Of a stretch of 64,000 nt of DNA, positions 11,280 through 26,752 are shown piece by piece. Position numbers and translations under genes: made by a program. This stretch comes from Syncephalis fuscata S228. Lineage: Eukaryota; Fungi; Zoopagomycota. The notes beneath the pieces were generated by a model. It saw only the letters and a program-made list of their open reading frames with translations, did no database searches and was not told where the DNA came from. Position 1 is the stretch's first letter, and the number at the start of each line of letters is the position of its first letter. The stretch covers positions 310,001 to 374,000 of the forward strand of contig JAHLTZ010000018.1 in NCBI GenBank assembly GCA_025786725.1, in the 5' to 3' direction.

Positions 11280-14200
11280 TTACGTTTCATAAGCAAGAAT
11301 AGGACGAAGCCACTTCTCTACTTCATCTACCGATACCGATTTACGCTCGGCATAGTTTTCAATCTAGTTGTAAATGAAATACATTATTAGTTGTCTATAC
11401 AAACAAGCTTATCGTTTCTACTTACTTGATCCTTTTCAATCTTGCCTACTGCAAAGTATCGTGACTCTGAGTTGGCAAAATAAAGGCCGCTAACCGATGC
11501 AGCTGGCCACATGGCAAGTGATTCAGTCAGTTGAATATCCGTTTCTTGTTCGATATTGGCAAGCTTCCACATAACACGTTTCTCTGTGTGGTCTGGCTGA
11601 CTTGGATAGCCCGGTGCTATATAAGATACCATTATTTGTTAATTAATCTACCTACTATAATTAAAATGTTATTAAATACCTGGTCGAATGCCCTATTTTT
11701 ATACAATAAAATACACGTTATTAGCAATAAATTGCATATCCATCAATATGTCACTCACCTGATATTTCACCGACAACATGGCTTCAATATCCAAATTTTC
11801 ATTCTTGTTATAGCCCCAGTATTCCTGTAAATCATTGATGGCTAATTAGTATGTTCCATCTACTAACTTAGCAAAATGGCTATTTTATTTACCCGACGCA
11901 GTTCAACATGGAGTGCCTCGGCAAATGCTTCGGCCAATCGATCGGCCAACGCTTTAACCATAATTGAGTTGTAGTCATCAAACTGCTTTTCATAGCTCGC
12001 GGCAAGTTCATCGGCTCCAAAACCAGAACTAACGGCAAAAAGACCAATATAGTCTGCAATACCGCTATCTTTGGGTGCAATAAAGTCGGATATGCACAAA
12101 TATGGATCTTGAGATTCTTTATCCTATATAGAGATGCATTAGCCATTATTTCTATGCTGTATAGCAATGTACTTTTTCCGCTTGTTGTCTAAAATATAGA
12201 ACAAATAAGTATTTATAAGCAATTAACCCTGTATGCTTATCATACCTTAATCCACAGAATTTTGCTGAAACCGTTTGACGTGTCTCATCGGTGTAAACCT
12301 GCCATTCAAGTATTTAACAATTTTATACAAAGTGGCAGTATTAGATTTATTACCTCGATATCATCACCTACGCTGTTGGCTATACAATATCATTAGATTT
12401 AATTATAATATTTAGCAACCCTTACCTGGATATAGACCAATAATACCCTTGGCTTTTAATAGCTTTTCATCTATAATACGTCTCAACAGCACTTGTGCCT
12501 CGTCGTATAGTTTCTTGGCTTCAGCACCTATTAAATCACAATTAGATTGAGCCATGTCTATAATTATTCAACAACCTACCAACATTCTCATCCTTAAATA
12601 TCTTGGGATAGCCACGATTTGGATAGCGACCTCGTAGTTGCCACACTTGGAAGAATGGATTCCAGTCGATATATTTAAGCAGTGAATTCAGATCATAATC
12701 TTTAAACACCTATAATTGAAATATCAATAGCAATTATATGTAATTTGCCATTTATCTACCTTCACACCCAAAAATGATGGCTTAACGGGCGATGATTGTG
12801 CTGCCCAGTCGATTTGTAAGCCTTGTTCGCATGCCTTTGGATATTTTAAATATTTACGATCCTTTAAAGAATCATACTAATCAAAGCAATTACTTGTTAC
12901 ACTCTCCACCATTATTAAAATCAAAAGTAGCTACTTACATGATCCTCGCGTACCTCTTCATACTCCTCTCGGATATCCTCAGCAAAGTCTTCCTTTGCTT
13001 GTTCATCAAGTAGATTTGAAACAACAACAACACTAGCCATTTAACTATTAATAACTGCAATATCGATCGTTTTTACAACGATTACCTTCTAGAAGCATCT
13101 AATACATGAATTGCCGGTACAGAGTAACGAGGAGCAATCTTCACTGCTGTATGTGTTTTACTCGTTGTAGCACCACCAATTAAAAGTGGAATTTTTACAC
13201 CTCGTCGCTCCATTTCTCGAGCCACGTGGATCATTTCATCCAATGAAGGCGTAATTAAACCAGACAAGCCAACAATGTCGGCCTGTTCTGCAATGGCCGT
13301 CTCGATAATCTTTTCAGCCGGAGTCATGACACCCAAATCAATAACCTATAATTAAGGGTTAGTTACGGTATCAATTATATTGATGTATCTATCTATTGAA
13401 CATACTTTGTAATTATTACAGCCTAGTACAACAGCTACAATATTCTTGCCAATATCTGTTTATCATCCATTGTTAATAATACGATTACAAACATACATAC
13501 ACATATATATATATTCAACTATCATACCATGAACATCTCCCTTGACCGTAGCCAATACTAATAACAATGTTTAATGATATGTTTACATTATCATATTCCA
13601 CTTACCAATTGTGCCATTGTACATCGATTGACTGGCATCAGTGTTGGCAGTCAGCTGTTGCTTTAATCGCTCTTCTTCCATAAATGGAATTAGATGAGCA
13701 ACAGCTCTAATAATTAAATGCTTGTAATTCTATACTATTAATAATTTGATCGTTTAACTTACTGCTTCATAACACGTGCACTTTTAATTACTTGAGGTAG
13801 AAACATTTTACCTGCACCAAATAGATCACCAACAATATTCATTCCGTCCATCAACGGCCCTTCAATGACATGTAATGGCCTTTCAAACTATCATTGTTGG
13901 CATGTATCAGTTTTGTTTATATAATCACTATTGTTTGATAATTACCTCTGGCGATACACGGGCTTCTTCCGTATCTTCGATAATATACTTGGTAATACCT
14001 TTAACAAGCGCATAGGACAGTCGTTTCCTTACTGGATCTTTTCGCCATTCTTCTTCGTTCTCCTTCTTCTCACCTACTTTTCCGTGTTGTTCAGCGTATT
14101 TAAGTAGTTTCTCTGTTGATTCGGGATCTTTGTTGTGAACTGCATTTTCACAAATCTCAAGCAGATCTTTGGGAATATCGTCGTAAATGGTAAGAAATCC

Positions 14201-16869
14201 TGAATTAACAATGCCCATGTCTAGACCAGCTCGAATTGCATGGTACTATCAACGTCTATTAATAGACATGTCTATACTGTTTAATAAACGACTTACCAGA
14301 AACACGCTGTGCATTGCCTCTCGTACGACATCCTTACCACGGAACGAGAATGAGACATTTGAAACACCACCGCTTACCTAGATCGATTCATTTGTAAACG
14401 TGGCTTTAATTCGTATCTATTTATACTTACTTTTGCACCAGGGAGCTCTTGTTTAATTCTACGCGTTGCTTCGATGAATTCAACTGCATAGTTATCGTGC
14501 TCCTCTAAATAGACCATTAATATATAGACAAAAAGTATAGACTAATTACTCACCCATGCCAGTACAGATGGTCAAAATATTTGGATCAAATACAATATCA
14601 TTCGGATTGAATCCCACGACTTTGGTTAATAAATCATACGATCGTTTACAAATCTCAAATTTACGATCCTTTTCTGCTGCTTGGCCTTGTTCATCAAACT
14701 AATACAGAACAAGATTTAGAATTGCTAAATAGCATAATACAAATTTACTCACAGCCATAACAATGACTGCAGCACCGTAACGTTTGACAAGACGTGCTTT
14801 GTGTAAAAAGTCTTCTTCACCTTCCTTCAAACTAATACTATTAACAATGCATCGACCTTGATAACATTTGAGGCCCGCTTCAATAACATCGAAGTTGGAC
14901 GAATCGATCATTAAAGGAACCTATAATATTGGTTAGCGACATCATAGTATCACTAATAGTAATATTGGTGTTTTAATCATTACCTTGGCCACATCCGGTT
15001 CAGAAACAATTAAATTAACAAATTTTGCCATGGCCGTCATACCGTCCAGCATACCATCATCCAAATTAACATCTTAATTATAACAGTAATATAATTAATA
15101 TAACATAGATGACAAAATGCCACTAATATACTTACCAACAATCTGGGCACCATTCTCCACTTGAAGTCGAGCAATAGCCAGACCTTCGTCGTACTGATTA
15201 TCTCGAATATGTCGTGCAAACTTACGTGATCCTGAAACATTGCATCTATAGCCATATAGTCAATATTGCCATCTATCTATGTAGGATTGGTCATATTTAC
15301 CTTTCGCCTACATTCACAAAGTTGGTACGTTCGTCGATTGACAATGGCTCCAGACCCGATAACAACATTTTATTTAATGCTTCATTGGCGGGCGGCACTC
15401 GTGGCTTATACGGCAGGCATGCGTCGACAACAGCCTTGATATGTTTCGGCGTAGTGCCGCAACAGCCGCCTACAATATTAACAAGGCCACTTTTGGCAAA
15501 TTCAGCTACCTGTTGTGCCATACTTTCCGGTCTATACTCATTTAGTGCATGTTTAACCATTAGTATAAAATGTATAGACTGTGCTGCTATTAAATCATTA
15601 CTTACGATTGGTCATATTCACCAAATGTGTTAGGTAGGCCGGCATTTGGATAACATACAACATAGGACGAAGTAAAGTTGGCAATATTTTGAATAAACGG
15701 TCTCATTTGATCGGCGCCAAGAGCACAGTTAAGACCAATGGCTAGTGGACTGGCATGGGAGACACTAATAACAAAAGCTTCTCCTGTTTGGCCAGACAGT
15801 GTTCTAATCGTAGATATTGGTTAGTATATACATACATATATATATATATTAGTATAATCAATCGCTTCTTATTACTAACCGTCCACTTTGATCAACAATA
15901 GTACCAGAAATAAAGATAGGAACCCGTTCATAGCCGTCTTCATCGTCAAAAATCGAATCAATGGCAAAAAGAGCGGCTTTTGCATTAAGTGTATCAAAAA
16001 TTGTTTCTACAAGCAAAATATCCGCTCCACCATCAAGTAATCCACGTGTTTGTTCTTTGTACGCATCAACCAATTCGTCAAATGTAACATTACGATATGC
16101 AGGATTTTCGACCGATGGTGAAATAGAAGCCGTACTATAATGACTCATTAGCAGTCTATTCGGTCAGTTCAGCTTAGTACGCACCGATTGGTTGGACCTA
16201 TAGATGGTGTTGATAGGCAGACCATCGTTGTTATGCAACGGCCAACAATGTATTGCTGTACTTTAACTTACCTATAGCACCGCATACATAACGCGGTTTA
16301 TCCGGCTGTTCCTTAGTGACCTCCTCACAGGCTTGTCGGGCCAATTCAGCAGCTACTTTGTTAAGTTCGTAGGCCAAAGGTTCTAGGCCATAATCAGCTT
16401 GGGCAATACATGTCGATGAAAAAGTGTTTGTTTCGACAAAATCTGCGCCAGCCAATAGGTATTCCTTATGGATATTAACTATGGCATCTGGTTTAGTAAG
16501 TACAAGTAAATCGTTATTGCCCTTTAAATCCTTGGGATGATCAGTAAAACGTGTGCCTATAATAATAATAATAGTGTAAATTTAATAATGTTAAGTAAAT
16601 CGACTATATTGAAATCAAAAATTATTCACCTCTAAAGTCGTCCTCGTTTAAGTTTAGCGTCTGTATCTGCGTGCCCATAGCACCTTTTATCATATTGTGT
16701 TATTTTATCATATACTGTTTTTTATGACGGCGGCCAACTTACCATCTAGAAACAGTATACGCTCTTTCAACGCCGACGCGATATAGTCTAGATAGTAGCT
16801 GGAATTAACATGTAATTCCGCTTAACCATAGCAGTAGCTACCTTTCAAAGGAGGTCTTACACTTGACAT
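11280..16869 (-). CDS. metH: Cobalamin-dependent methionine synthase (MetH/MTR), highly fragmented into exons
   Basis: Hcy-binding domain: [42 protein letters not shown]. Pterin domain: [25 protein letters not shown]12 domain: [36 protein letters not shown]. Activation domain: [28 protein letters not shown]. Confidence 0.97.
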
Positions 16870-18881
16870 ATTGTTTTAATCGTACGTACTAATACTTGTT
16901 GTTGGTTACGGGAAATACACACGACTACAAGTTGATATTGGGGAAACTATGAAAAAGCCAATGAAAAAATGCTTTATCTCTATGATTAATCACGACATTT
17001 TAATCTCGATGCTCATTGGCTCGTATGAAATGATCTCAAAAGACGAGGATTTTAAACACCGAATTTCGTAACTTGTTAATTAATTAACTATCCATGCTAC
17101 AATTACGTAAATTATCATTATTGTAAAAGTAAAAGTTTATTTAATAAAGTTTTGGTATTTAATTGGCATTATAAGTGATTTATTAAACCAATTTATTATT
17201 AACTATTATAATTGTTGTAATTATTCTATTAATATATACTAAAATAGAGTGATCTGTTGACGGTATATTAGACATTAATTAACAACGACTATTATATTGT
17301 TATAAATAAAAACTGCCAATCGTTTCATTGCCAACTTAATTATTCATAATAGTAATTATTCTGGGTATTCATAGCCGTACTAAATGATTTCTAACCAAAT
17401 TAGTATACTAATATTAGTGAATTGAGTTTTGTTGATAATCACTACCAAATATGCAGTAAATTAATCACTCTTTGATCATAGCAACAACAATAGTGTAATG
17501 GTAGTCCATCAATGGATATCAACGATAAAACATCATTAGGAAAATGAGACTTGACAACGGTAATTCCTCACAACCATTGTTACACTACTCCTTTTAAACT
17601 TTGTCTATTATCGATTGGCTATTTATGTTTCATTGATGGCCCCTTTTCTATTTCACTCCACACATACATACAGAATGCACCATATATACATATTTATAGG
17701 CATCGATGCCTAGAATGTACCATATATATGTATGTATCACCAAAGAGAGATATACATATATAACTATCAACCAATCTCCTGCTTGTCGTCAGTACATAAA
17801 TAAAACGTCTCCTGCATTTCGATAGTGCAAATACCACAAGGGACCATAGTGTCATTCTCCGTCCATACACATCATCTATTCATACACATTTACATACAAT
17901 TCACCGCTTTGCCGTCATTCAATCTTTGTCTCTAGTTCAATTCTTTTTTATTTTGTATCGTCTTAAACGGTAAGTTATACGTCGATTATTCCTAAACCAT
18001 TGCCCTCCAATGATTGTCCCATTGAAGATGCGTGGGTGAGTGAGTACATGTCTATGTATCATATGCATCCGTTCTTGTTCGCTAGTTTACTTACCCTATT
18101 TAGTCCCTTGGCTACAGATGATATCTTACTCATTTAGTGGTCACTCACTCGCTTAATGGCCGATACACTCTTACACATTATAGCCGCCCTTTCTACTGCT
18201 ACTGCTGCTCCTCCTACCATTACCGCTACTAAGACTGCTGTCCTTCCCCCTTTGGTTAGATGCATTCACAGCTATATCAAAATTGATTACTTTCTTATCC
18301 CATTCAAAAGAATACTTTATTGCTCATCATAGCATTACATCGGTTTTTCTTTTGTTGTTCATTCATTCTGTCGTTTCTTTGTCTTTTTATCCGTTTGCTT
18401 GGCAGTTGCTTAGATGTTTGTTGCCTGGGCTTTGGCATTATCGCTATTTTACTGACCATTATCGTTATTATCATTGGCAGCATCGCGCTGGACACTGACT
18501 CGTCAGCTACACAGTCACACTTTTGGGCCATTAACGACGCGTGTGCTACACTACTCGTCATTCTTATTTCTGCCATTACGATCTGTCACTTTGTTCTCTT
18601 TAGAACTTTGCCAGGTGTGCTTCTTGCTACAACTTGCCTTTTTGTCGCATAGTCACGATACTAGTTTCTCTTTTTATTAAATACACGAAATTAACTGATT
18701 TTTTGACGATTATCATTCATAGCTATTTCTTCTACTGTGTCCATCCATCGTTTTTGTATTCTGCTAGAATTTAAGGTAAGCATTTGATACTTTAACACTT
18801 AACACTTTACTTATTCAATTAACTATTATCCATTGCAATTACAACTAAAGTATATAGTACTTAATTCTACCCAACCCCATT

Positions 18882-21205
18882 ATGCCTAGCTCTCGACAAA
18901 CATTTGCAGTCCCCGGAAGCTTTTTATTCCTTCCACAGGATAAGCGTCGCGCGTACAATTCTCATCATGAGCAAGATACCAAGAGACAATTGTTAACAAC
19001 AACCGCCTTGTTGGCAAAAGGGGCTAGCAATGTTGACGATACCCCGAAGCATCATCACATATCGAATGTTCCCCTTGAGCAAAACTATAAACTATTGACC
19101 GAGATTGGCAAAGGAGCGTTTGGAAAAGTATACCGCGGTATTCATCTTGCTACAAAAGATGAAGTGGCAATCAAGGTTATTGAACATAAAAATCTAAAAA
19201 CCGCTCGACAACGTCGTAATGTTGAACGGGAAGTACGCATTATGAGCTTGCTACACCATCCAAACATTATACCAGTGCGTGAGGTAATTATCGTACCCGG
19301 CCGCTACACTGTAGTCATGAACCAAGCACGCGGTGGTGAATTATTCGAGCATATTAGCAAGTCTCGCCGCTTAAGCGAGTCCTCTTCACGCCGATACTTT
19401 CGACAGATTGTATCTGCGTTACATTATTGCCATGAGGTAAGTTATTTATGCAAAGAAGAAAAATACAATTTCTTCTAGTAGCACACATGTACTAATACGT
19501 GTGATGTACAGCATTCTATTATTCACCGAGATTTAAAACCGGAAAATATATTGCTTGATGAGACACGCAAACGTGCTTTTATCATTGATTTTGGTTTTAG
19601 CAACACTTATCGTGCAGACGGTGTCATCAACACGTTCTGCGGTTCTCCATCCTATGCATCACCCGAAATGCTTCGCGGGGTACCATATATTGGACCTGAA
19701 GTAGATATCTGGAGTTTGGGTGTCATTCTCTATGTGATGCTGACTGGTAATCTGCCTTTTTCTGCAAAAGAAGGTAAACAACTCTGTGCTCAAGTCTCGC
19801 TCGGTCAATTCCGCATTCCCGACTATGTCTCGGCGAGTAAGTTGGCAAGCCGTTACTACCTGCATAGCCATTCAAGCATGCTAACATGTGATATTTAGGT
19901 GCAGCGGATTTATTGAGAAGAATGCTTAATGTGGATTCATACAAACGCGCTACCATGCAAGAAATCATTAATCATACTTGGACAATGGAAGGCTACTCAC
20001 ATCCCGTAACGCGTATCCATAAAAACCGACCGTGCCTCGTGACAGATCCTAATGAGGAAAGTATTCAGCAACTTGTATCCTATGGATATAAACGCGAAGA
20101 TATAATCAAGTATCTACGTGATACACGAATAGTCAGTCATCCAATTATAAGTTTATATCATCTTTGTGAAGATGGCCGATTACGCAGAGAGATTGCTGCT
20201 CGTCGTACCGAGCTTGAAAAGAAAAAGCTTATTTACCATGGCCGCCGTTCCTACTCGTTGGTTGGACAGTCGAATTTCTTCAATACCAGCATCGAAGGAA
20301 CAGTGCCAATAGAGCAATATGACCCCACATGCCACATGCCATCACCACTGGCCATCGAGGACTATTTGGCACGTGCAACTGATAAGTCAATTAGTGGTCA
20401 ATTAGCGGTCAAACGGCAATCGACAGCACCGGCCAAAATGCCCCATACTGTAGCTGATACGATAGCCGATATGACTGTTTGCGGGTTATGTCACAATGTT
20501 GATGGTGATTGTGACTGTTTTGTCGTCGAATCAACATCAGGCTCGACTCATCCACGGATATCCGAAGAAGATCGTGAACGATTCTACACACCTGAATTAC
20601 CACCGGCCGATGATAGTGGATGTGCCAGCAGTGCCGGTCGAGCATCAAATCATAGCGCTCTTTTGGCTCTTGAAAGCATTAAAGACGGCCATTCACTGCC
20701 GAATAAAAGTGTTTCACTGATACATGATTACTGTAGAGCTTCGTCAGGCATGGCATCACCTACCGATGCTACCTTTGGCTCTGAGATTGAATCAGCTCAA
20801 TATTTGCCACAAAAAGAGTACAGGGCCCGCTTTAGAAATATACTCAATAGAAAGACGGCGGTGACCACGACAACGACGCCGCGGCTTGGCTCATCAGCAT
20901 CTTCAATCGTTAATGCAAATAGATTGCCTGCCACTGTTCAAACAAATCCACCATTATACGATTCTCATAAATTTACATGGAAGAAGAATGCCCAACACTC
21001 CAATGGTACAAATGTACGGCAATTCATGGGCCAATGCCAGTTATTAGTCGTTTATCGTAAATTATATCGCAAAATGGCTCGTTGCGTTCGACGTAAACGT
21101 AGTTGTAACAGCGCAACTCCTGATTCTTACGTATCAGCTCCTCCTATTGCACCAATCACATTTCCACATACACACATCACAGCTGCCAAGCGAAAGGCTG
21201 TATAA
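18882..21205 (+). CDS. CAMK-group Ser/Thr kinase (AMPK/MARK/Kin1-related) with UBA-like segment and long disordered tail
   Basis: Motifs IGKGAFGKV, VAIK, HRDLKPEN, DFGFSN, TFCGSPSYASPE and DIWSLGV. Introns at about 19437-19511 and 19836-19898. Confidence 0.92.
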
Positions 21206-21791
21206 GCGCTTTTTGTCATCATGTATGTTTTAAAAAACATATATTCTATTTCGATACTGTATCATTTATATATATTTGCAATGAATAAATCGTGAACCAT
21301 TTTTTGAAAATCTATTAAAATTAATTTGACTAAATGTTGTCGAAAATACTGTCTTTGGAATAATAGTAAATTAAAAGAATAATTTGTTTTGTCTATTCGT
21401 ATGATAAATAAAGTAAATTAAAGTGTACATAAATGCGCTACCTTGACATTCAATCTCTATTGGCTTGGTGGATGAATGGTGGGAGTATTGTCAGGCAAAA
21501 TATTCAAACTCCGGAATTGAACATTTTTGTAATAATTTCTAATCTTTAATCTTTCTATGGACCATCATTGCATCTATACTAATATAGCAGTCCTAACGAC
21601 GTTGCAGATACTCAACTTTGATTGGATAGAAATGGCGTATGCTTGGGATGAATTTTGTAATTTCTCTTTCCTCTTCAAGTTCTTCATTCTTACACTAGTT
21701 AGCATTGCTTTCTTTTTTATTCCAATTGCATTCCTCATTTGTTTTTGAATTTAGTTTTTCATACCAGTAACACTTGTAACGACCTTTGAAA

Positions 21792-23471
<1,680 letters not shown>

Positions 23472-23821
23472 TTTTACAGGCATAATGGGCAGGCCTAGTA
23501 ACACAAATCATGCTACCCTTGTCCACTAGAATCATAGGATACCCAATCGCCTGGCGTAAATGAATTCTAATGTAGTACAATTTAGTAGAGCATGTTTGTT
23601 CACACAATACTATTCTCGCTTCTGTTTCATCATTTTGTTTCCAATTGATTATTATTGAACATCTGTGTTGCCCATACTATCTTCATTCATACACGCACAT
23701 ATACATATACATATATATAGTGCTACGTTTATCCATTTCAAATAAATTATCATAACATCAAATCGCACTCATTACTCGCTATTTATCTATATTGCAACGA
23801 CTCTATTTAACTGCCTCCATT

Positions 23822-24910
23822 ATGTCTACCGCTAGCCGATACACTACCTGGCGTCAACGCTACCTTCGCGACGAACCAAGTCTCGGCTCAGGACAGCCGT
23901 GCCGATATGTCGCCTACAACACAGATGGCTCCAACGGTGATGCCATCACTACTAGTGAATCTTCTGGCTATGGTTTGCTAATTTCCGTTCTAAATAATGC
24001 TCGCGAAGACTTTGATGCTATTCTGCGTTTTACCGACCACTTCATGAATAGCCGTGACCTACTCGGCTGGCAGCAGAGACGTGAACAAGGTTCAGGCCGC
24101 ATACTTCCCGGTAACAACGGCGGTGAAAACTCGGCTACCGATGGCGATCTTGACTGTGTAGCTGCACTATGGATGGCCCACAAACGATGGGGCAACAACC
24201 AGTACGCCGACCGTGCACGCAGGTGGGGCAATGCCATCCTAAACCACTGTATTAATTCAGATACTGGTGCTATTGTTCTTGGCGACTGGGCCAACTTCAA
24301 TAAATGGGATGATAAGCGATGGCTTACCCGTCCATCTGACTATGTTCTCGGTCATTTAACCATGTTTTCACGCAAGCATACCGATCGAAGCGATGCCTGG
24401 AACCGTGTCATTAACGCTACCCGTTCCATCATGAATAGCCAGTACAAGCTTAATCCAAATACTGGTTTGGTTGCTGATTTCTTGAAATGGGATTCAGGTC
24501 GTAACATGTACATGCCAGCGAATGGCTTTGTTCAGGAATCATCGCACGATGGCGACTTTAACTGGAACGCATGCCGAGTTCCATGGCGTCTAGCCCAGTA
24601 CTACTTCTATACTAGGGACTCTTCTGTCTTGCCACACTTGCAAGCACTTGTCAGATTCTTTGAAGCTAGGTGCAGCAACGGCTACGTACTTGCCGGCTAC
24701 CAGCTAAACGGTCAAGGATATGTCAACTATACAAACTTGGCATTCCTTGCTCCAGCTGCTTACTGCCTCAAAATCATGAACAGCCCGTTGGCCAACACTG
24801 TCTTTGGTCAAATGGACCAAGCTTATCCTAGCGCTACTTACTACGGTGAAACTATTTCTCTCATTACTCTATTGCAAGCCGAACGAAGCTCGCTTGACTT
24901 GATGAACTAA
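23822..24910 (+). CDS. Glycoside hydrolase family 8, GH8b-type (chitosanase/licheninase-like), intronless
   Basis: Motifs TTSESSGYG (catalytic acid Glu), SATDGDLD, LGDW, TRPSD, TGLVADF, QES..DGDFNWNACRVPWR and YYGETI. First ATG at 23822. Confidence 0.9.
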   Translation: MSTASRYTTWRQRYLRDEPSLGSGQPCRYVAYNTDGSNGDAITTSESSGYGLLISVLNNAREDFDAILRFTDHFMNSRDLLGWQQRREQGSGRILPGNNGGENSATDGDLDCVAALWMAHKRWGNNQYADRARRWGNAILNHCINSDTGAIVLGDWANFNKWDDKRWLTRPSDYVLGHLTMFSRKHTDRSDAWNRVINATRSIMNSQYKLNPNTGLVADFLKWDSGRNMYMPANGFVQESSHDGDFNWNACRVPWRLAQYYFYTRDSSVLPHLQALVRFFEARCSNGYVLAGYQLNGQGYVNYTNLAFLAPAAYCLKIMNSPLANTVFGQMDQAYPSATYYGETISLITLLQAERSSLDLMN

Positions 24911-25018
24911 TTAGCTATTGCTTAGCAGCAGTTTGCTAACACTTAATAAAATAATATTTTATTATTTTAAATATATCTCAATATTTTATAATTTACAACT
25001 GTTTTATTAATTAAATAA

Positions 25019-25599
25019 TGATGATTAATAACCAATATGATTGTGGGTCGAATGTCTACATTTAATAATATTCGTGCAATTAACTAAACACTCTGAATAT
25101 TTTAATAAAGCAATAAATTTATGCATGCCATATTGTTTGCATATTTATCTGTATGTGAATAAACGAAATTGATCAAAGCTTGTTGGTAATTGAACTAGAG
25201 ACAAACGGACAGCAGTCACGAATATTATGTGGCTATTACAAGATCAACGGTATAGAATAGAACAAATATAAAGTGGAAAGTGTATGATTAGTAGTGTTAA
25301 CGTTACAATTCATAAAACCTTACCATTGATGCACAATATTTATACGCATTGTAAAATAACATTATTTGTTATTCTAAATATATAAGATTATTGTAGAAAT
25401 GCAGTATTATTATATCTGACAGCTATGATTACAACAAAAATATCTTTTATTTATTAAGAATAGCTTAAAATACCAATAAGCTTTATTTTATAAATTTAAT
25501 CGTAGAAGCATTGCATTAATGTTATGCCAGTATTTAGCAGTATTGAAAAGTAACTCTAATGCAATTAGGTGATAAAAGATACCGTTTAATTTAAAAAAT
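25019..25599 (+). repeat. Dispersed ~580-bp non-coding repeat, copy 1
   Basis: Same-orientation match to 51995-52574, with only about 6 differences seen by eye. Confidence 0.95.
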
Positions 25600-26752
25600 C
25601 TGTTGATATTATTTGCCATTTGGTCCTATGTTTAATAGAACGAACGTTTAGTTTAGTTGCACAAATAATAGTAAATATAACTATTTAGTACCAAATCATA
25701 CCAAATCATTAAAATATTACTTAATAATATTGAATTATATCATGTTATGTAATTAAAAACAATAAAAAATATTTGCCTAATCATGTAGTTTCATCCTATT
25801 TTCTGCCCTCAATATCAGTTCATCTGTAAATATTCTGTGCACGATATGTATCTGGCAGTATTTTCTCGCTTTATTTACACATAGTCATATTATAATTTGT
25901 TTAACTTGCTAAGTAATAGACCATAAATATCAGCATAATAGTGGTAAATTAACTTCTTGGTTTAATTTACATTCTAAATAATGCACATATGTATTGTCAT
26001 GCATTGTTAGTTTTTCTACTGTCCAGCTTTTTAATATTTAATATACATTTTTAACACTTGATTTAAAATAACACTATAAGCTTGTCTATGACACTAAATC
26101 GCATAACACACGCACACATTAACAGCCATCAATACCAGCACTAGATTACAATCATTACACGCCGAACCTTCTATTGCTGCTTGCAGAACTTGTACAAAGT
26201 CTACCATGCAGCTTCCTTGCATAAAGCCAAAGTTACTGCATTTCAAAACTCCATGCTGTCTTACAATGTCTTGTAGTCGTCTTGCGACAATCAATAAGTA
26301 TAGCTTCCTCATTATTTATAACAGTGTAATTAACTGCAACTAGGCTATATCTCTACGCTGTGCAAATTCATTTATTTTTAGTACATCAGTACATGTCTTG
26401 CATTGTAGTTATGAATAAATTTATAGTATAGACTTGCCTTAACAATTGGTATCTCAATCATAGGTGAAACCAGTTGCTGAAACGGTCCAGTCCACTCATG
26501 TGTGGTGCCACAATGTTTACTGAACAACAGTGTGTTTTGTGTGTGTGTGTGTGCTTGCGTGTACGTGCGCATGTGTGGGGCAAGGCAAAGGCAATCGACT
26601 TATCCCTGAATACACTCACTCATCTATGTTTTCGCTGCTAGCTATTGCAAAGAATAGTAGAGCTCGTCTTTTGTTATATATAATACATAGTTACATCTAT
26701 CTATACCTATATCTATATTTATATAGGTTATTGTTTATTGAATCTTTGACTA

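Noticed and set aside
18283-18680. Hydrophobic ORFs upstream of the CAMK-group kinase
   Set aside because: They have non-ATG starts in T-rich sequence and are better explained as the kinase's long intron-containing 5' leader.
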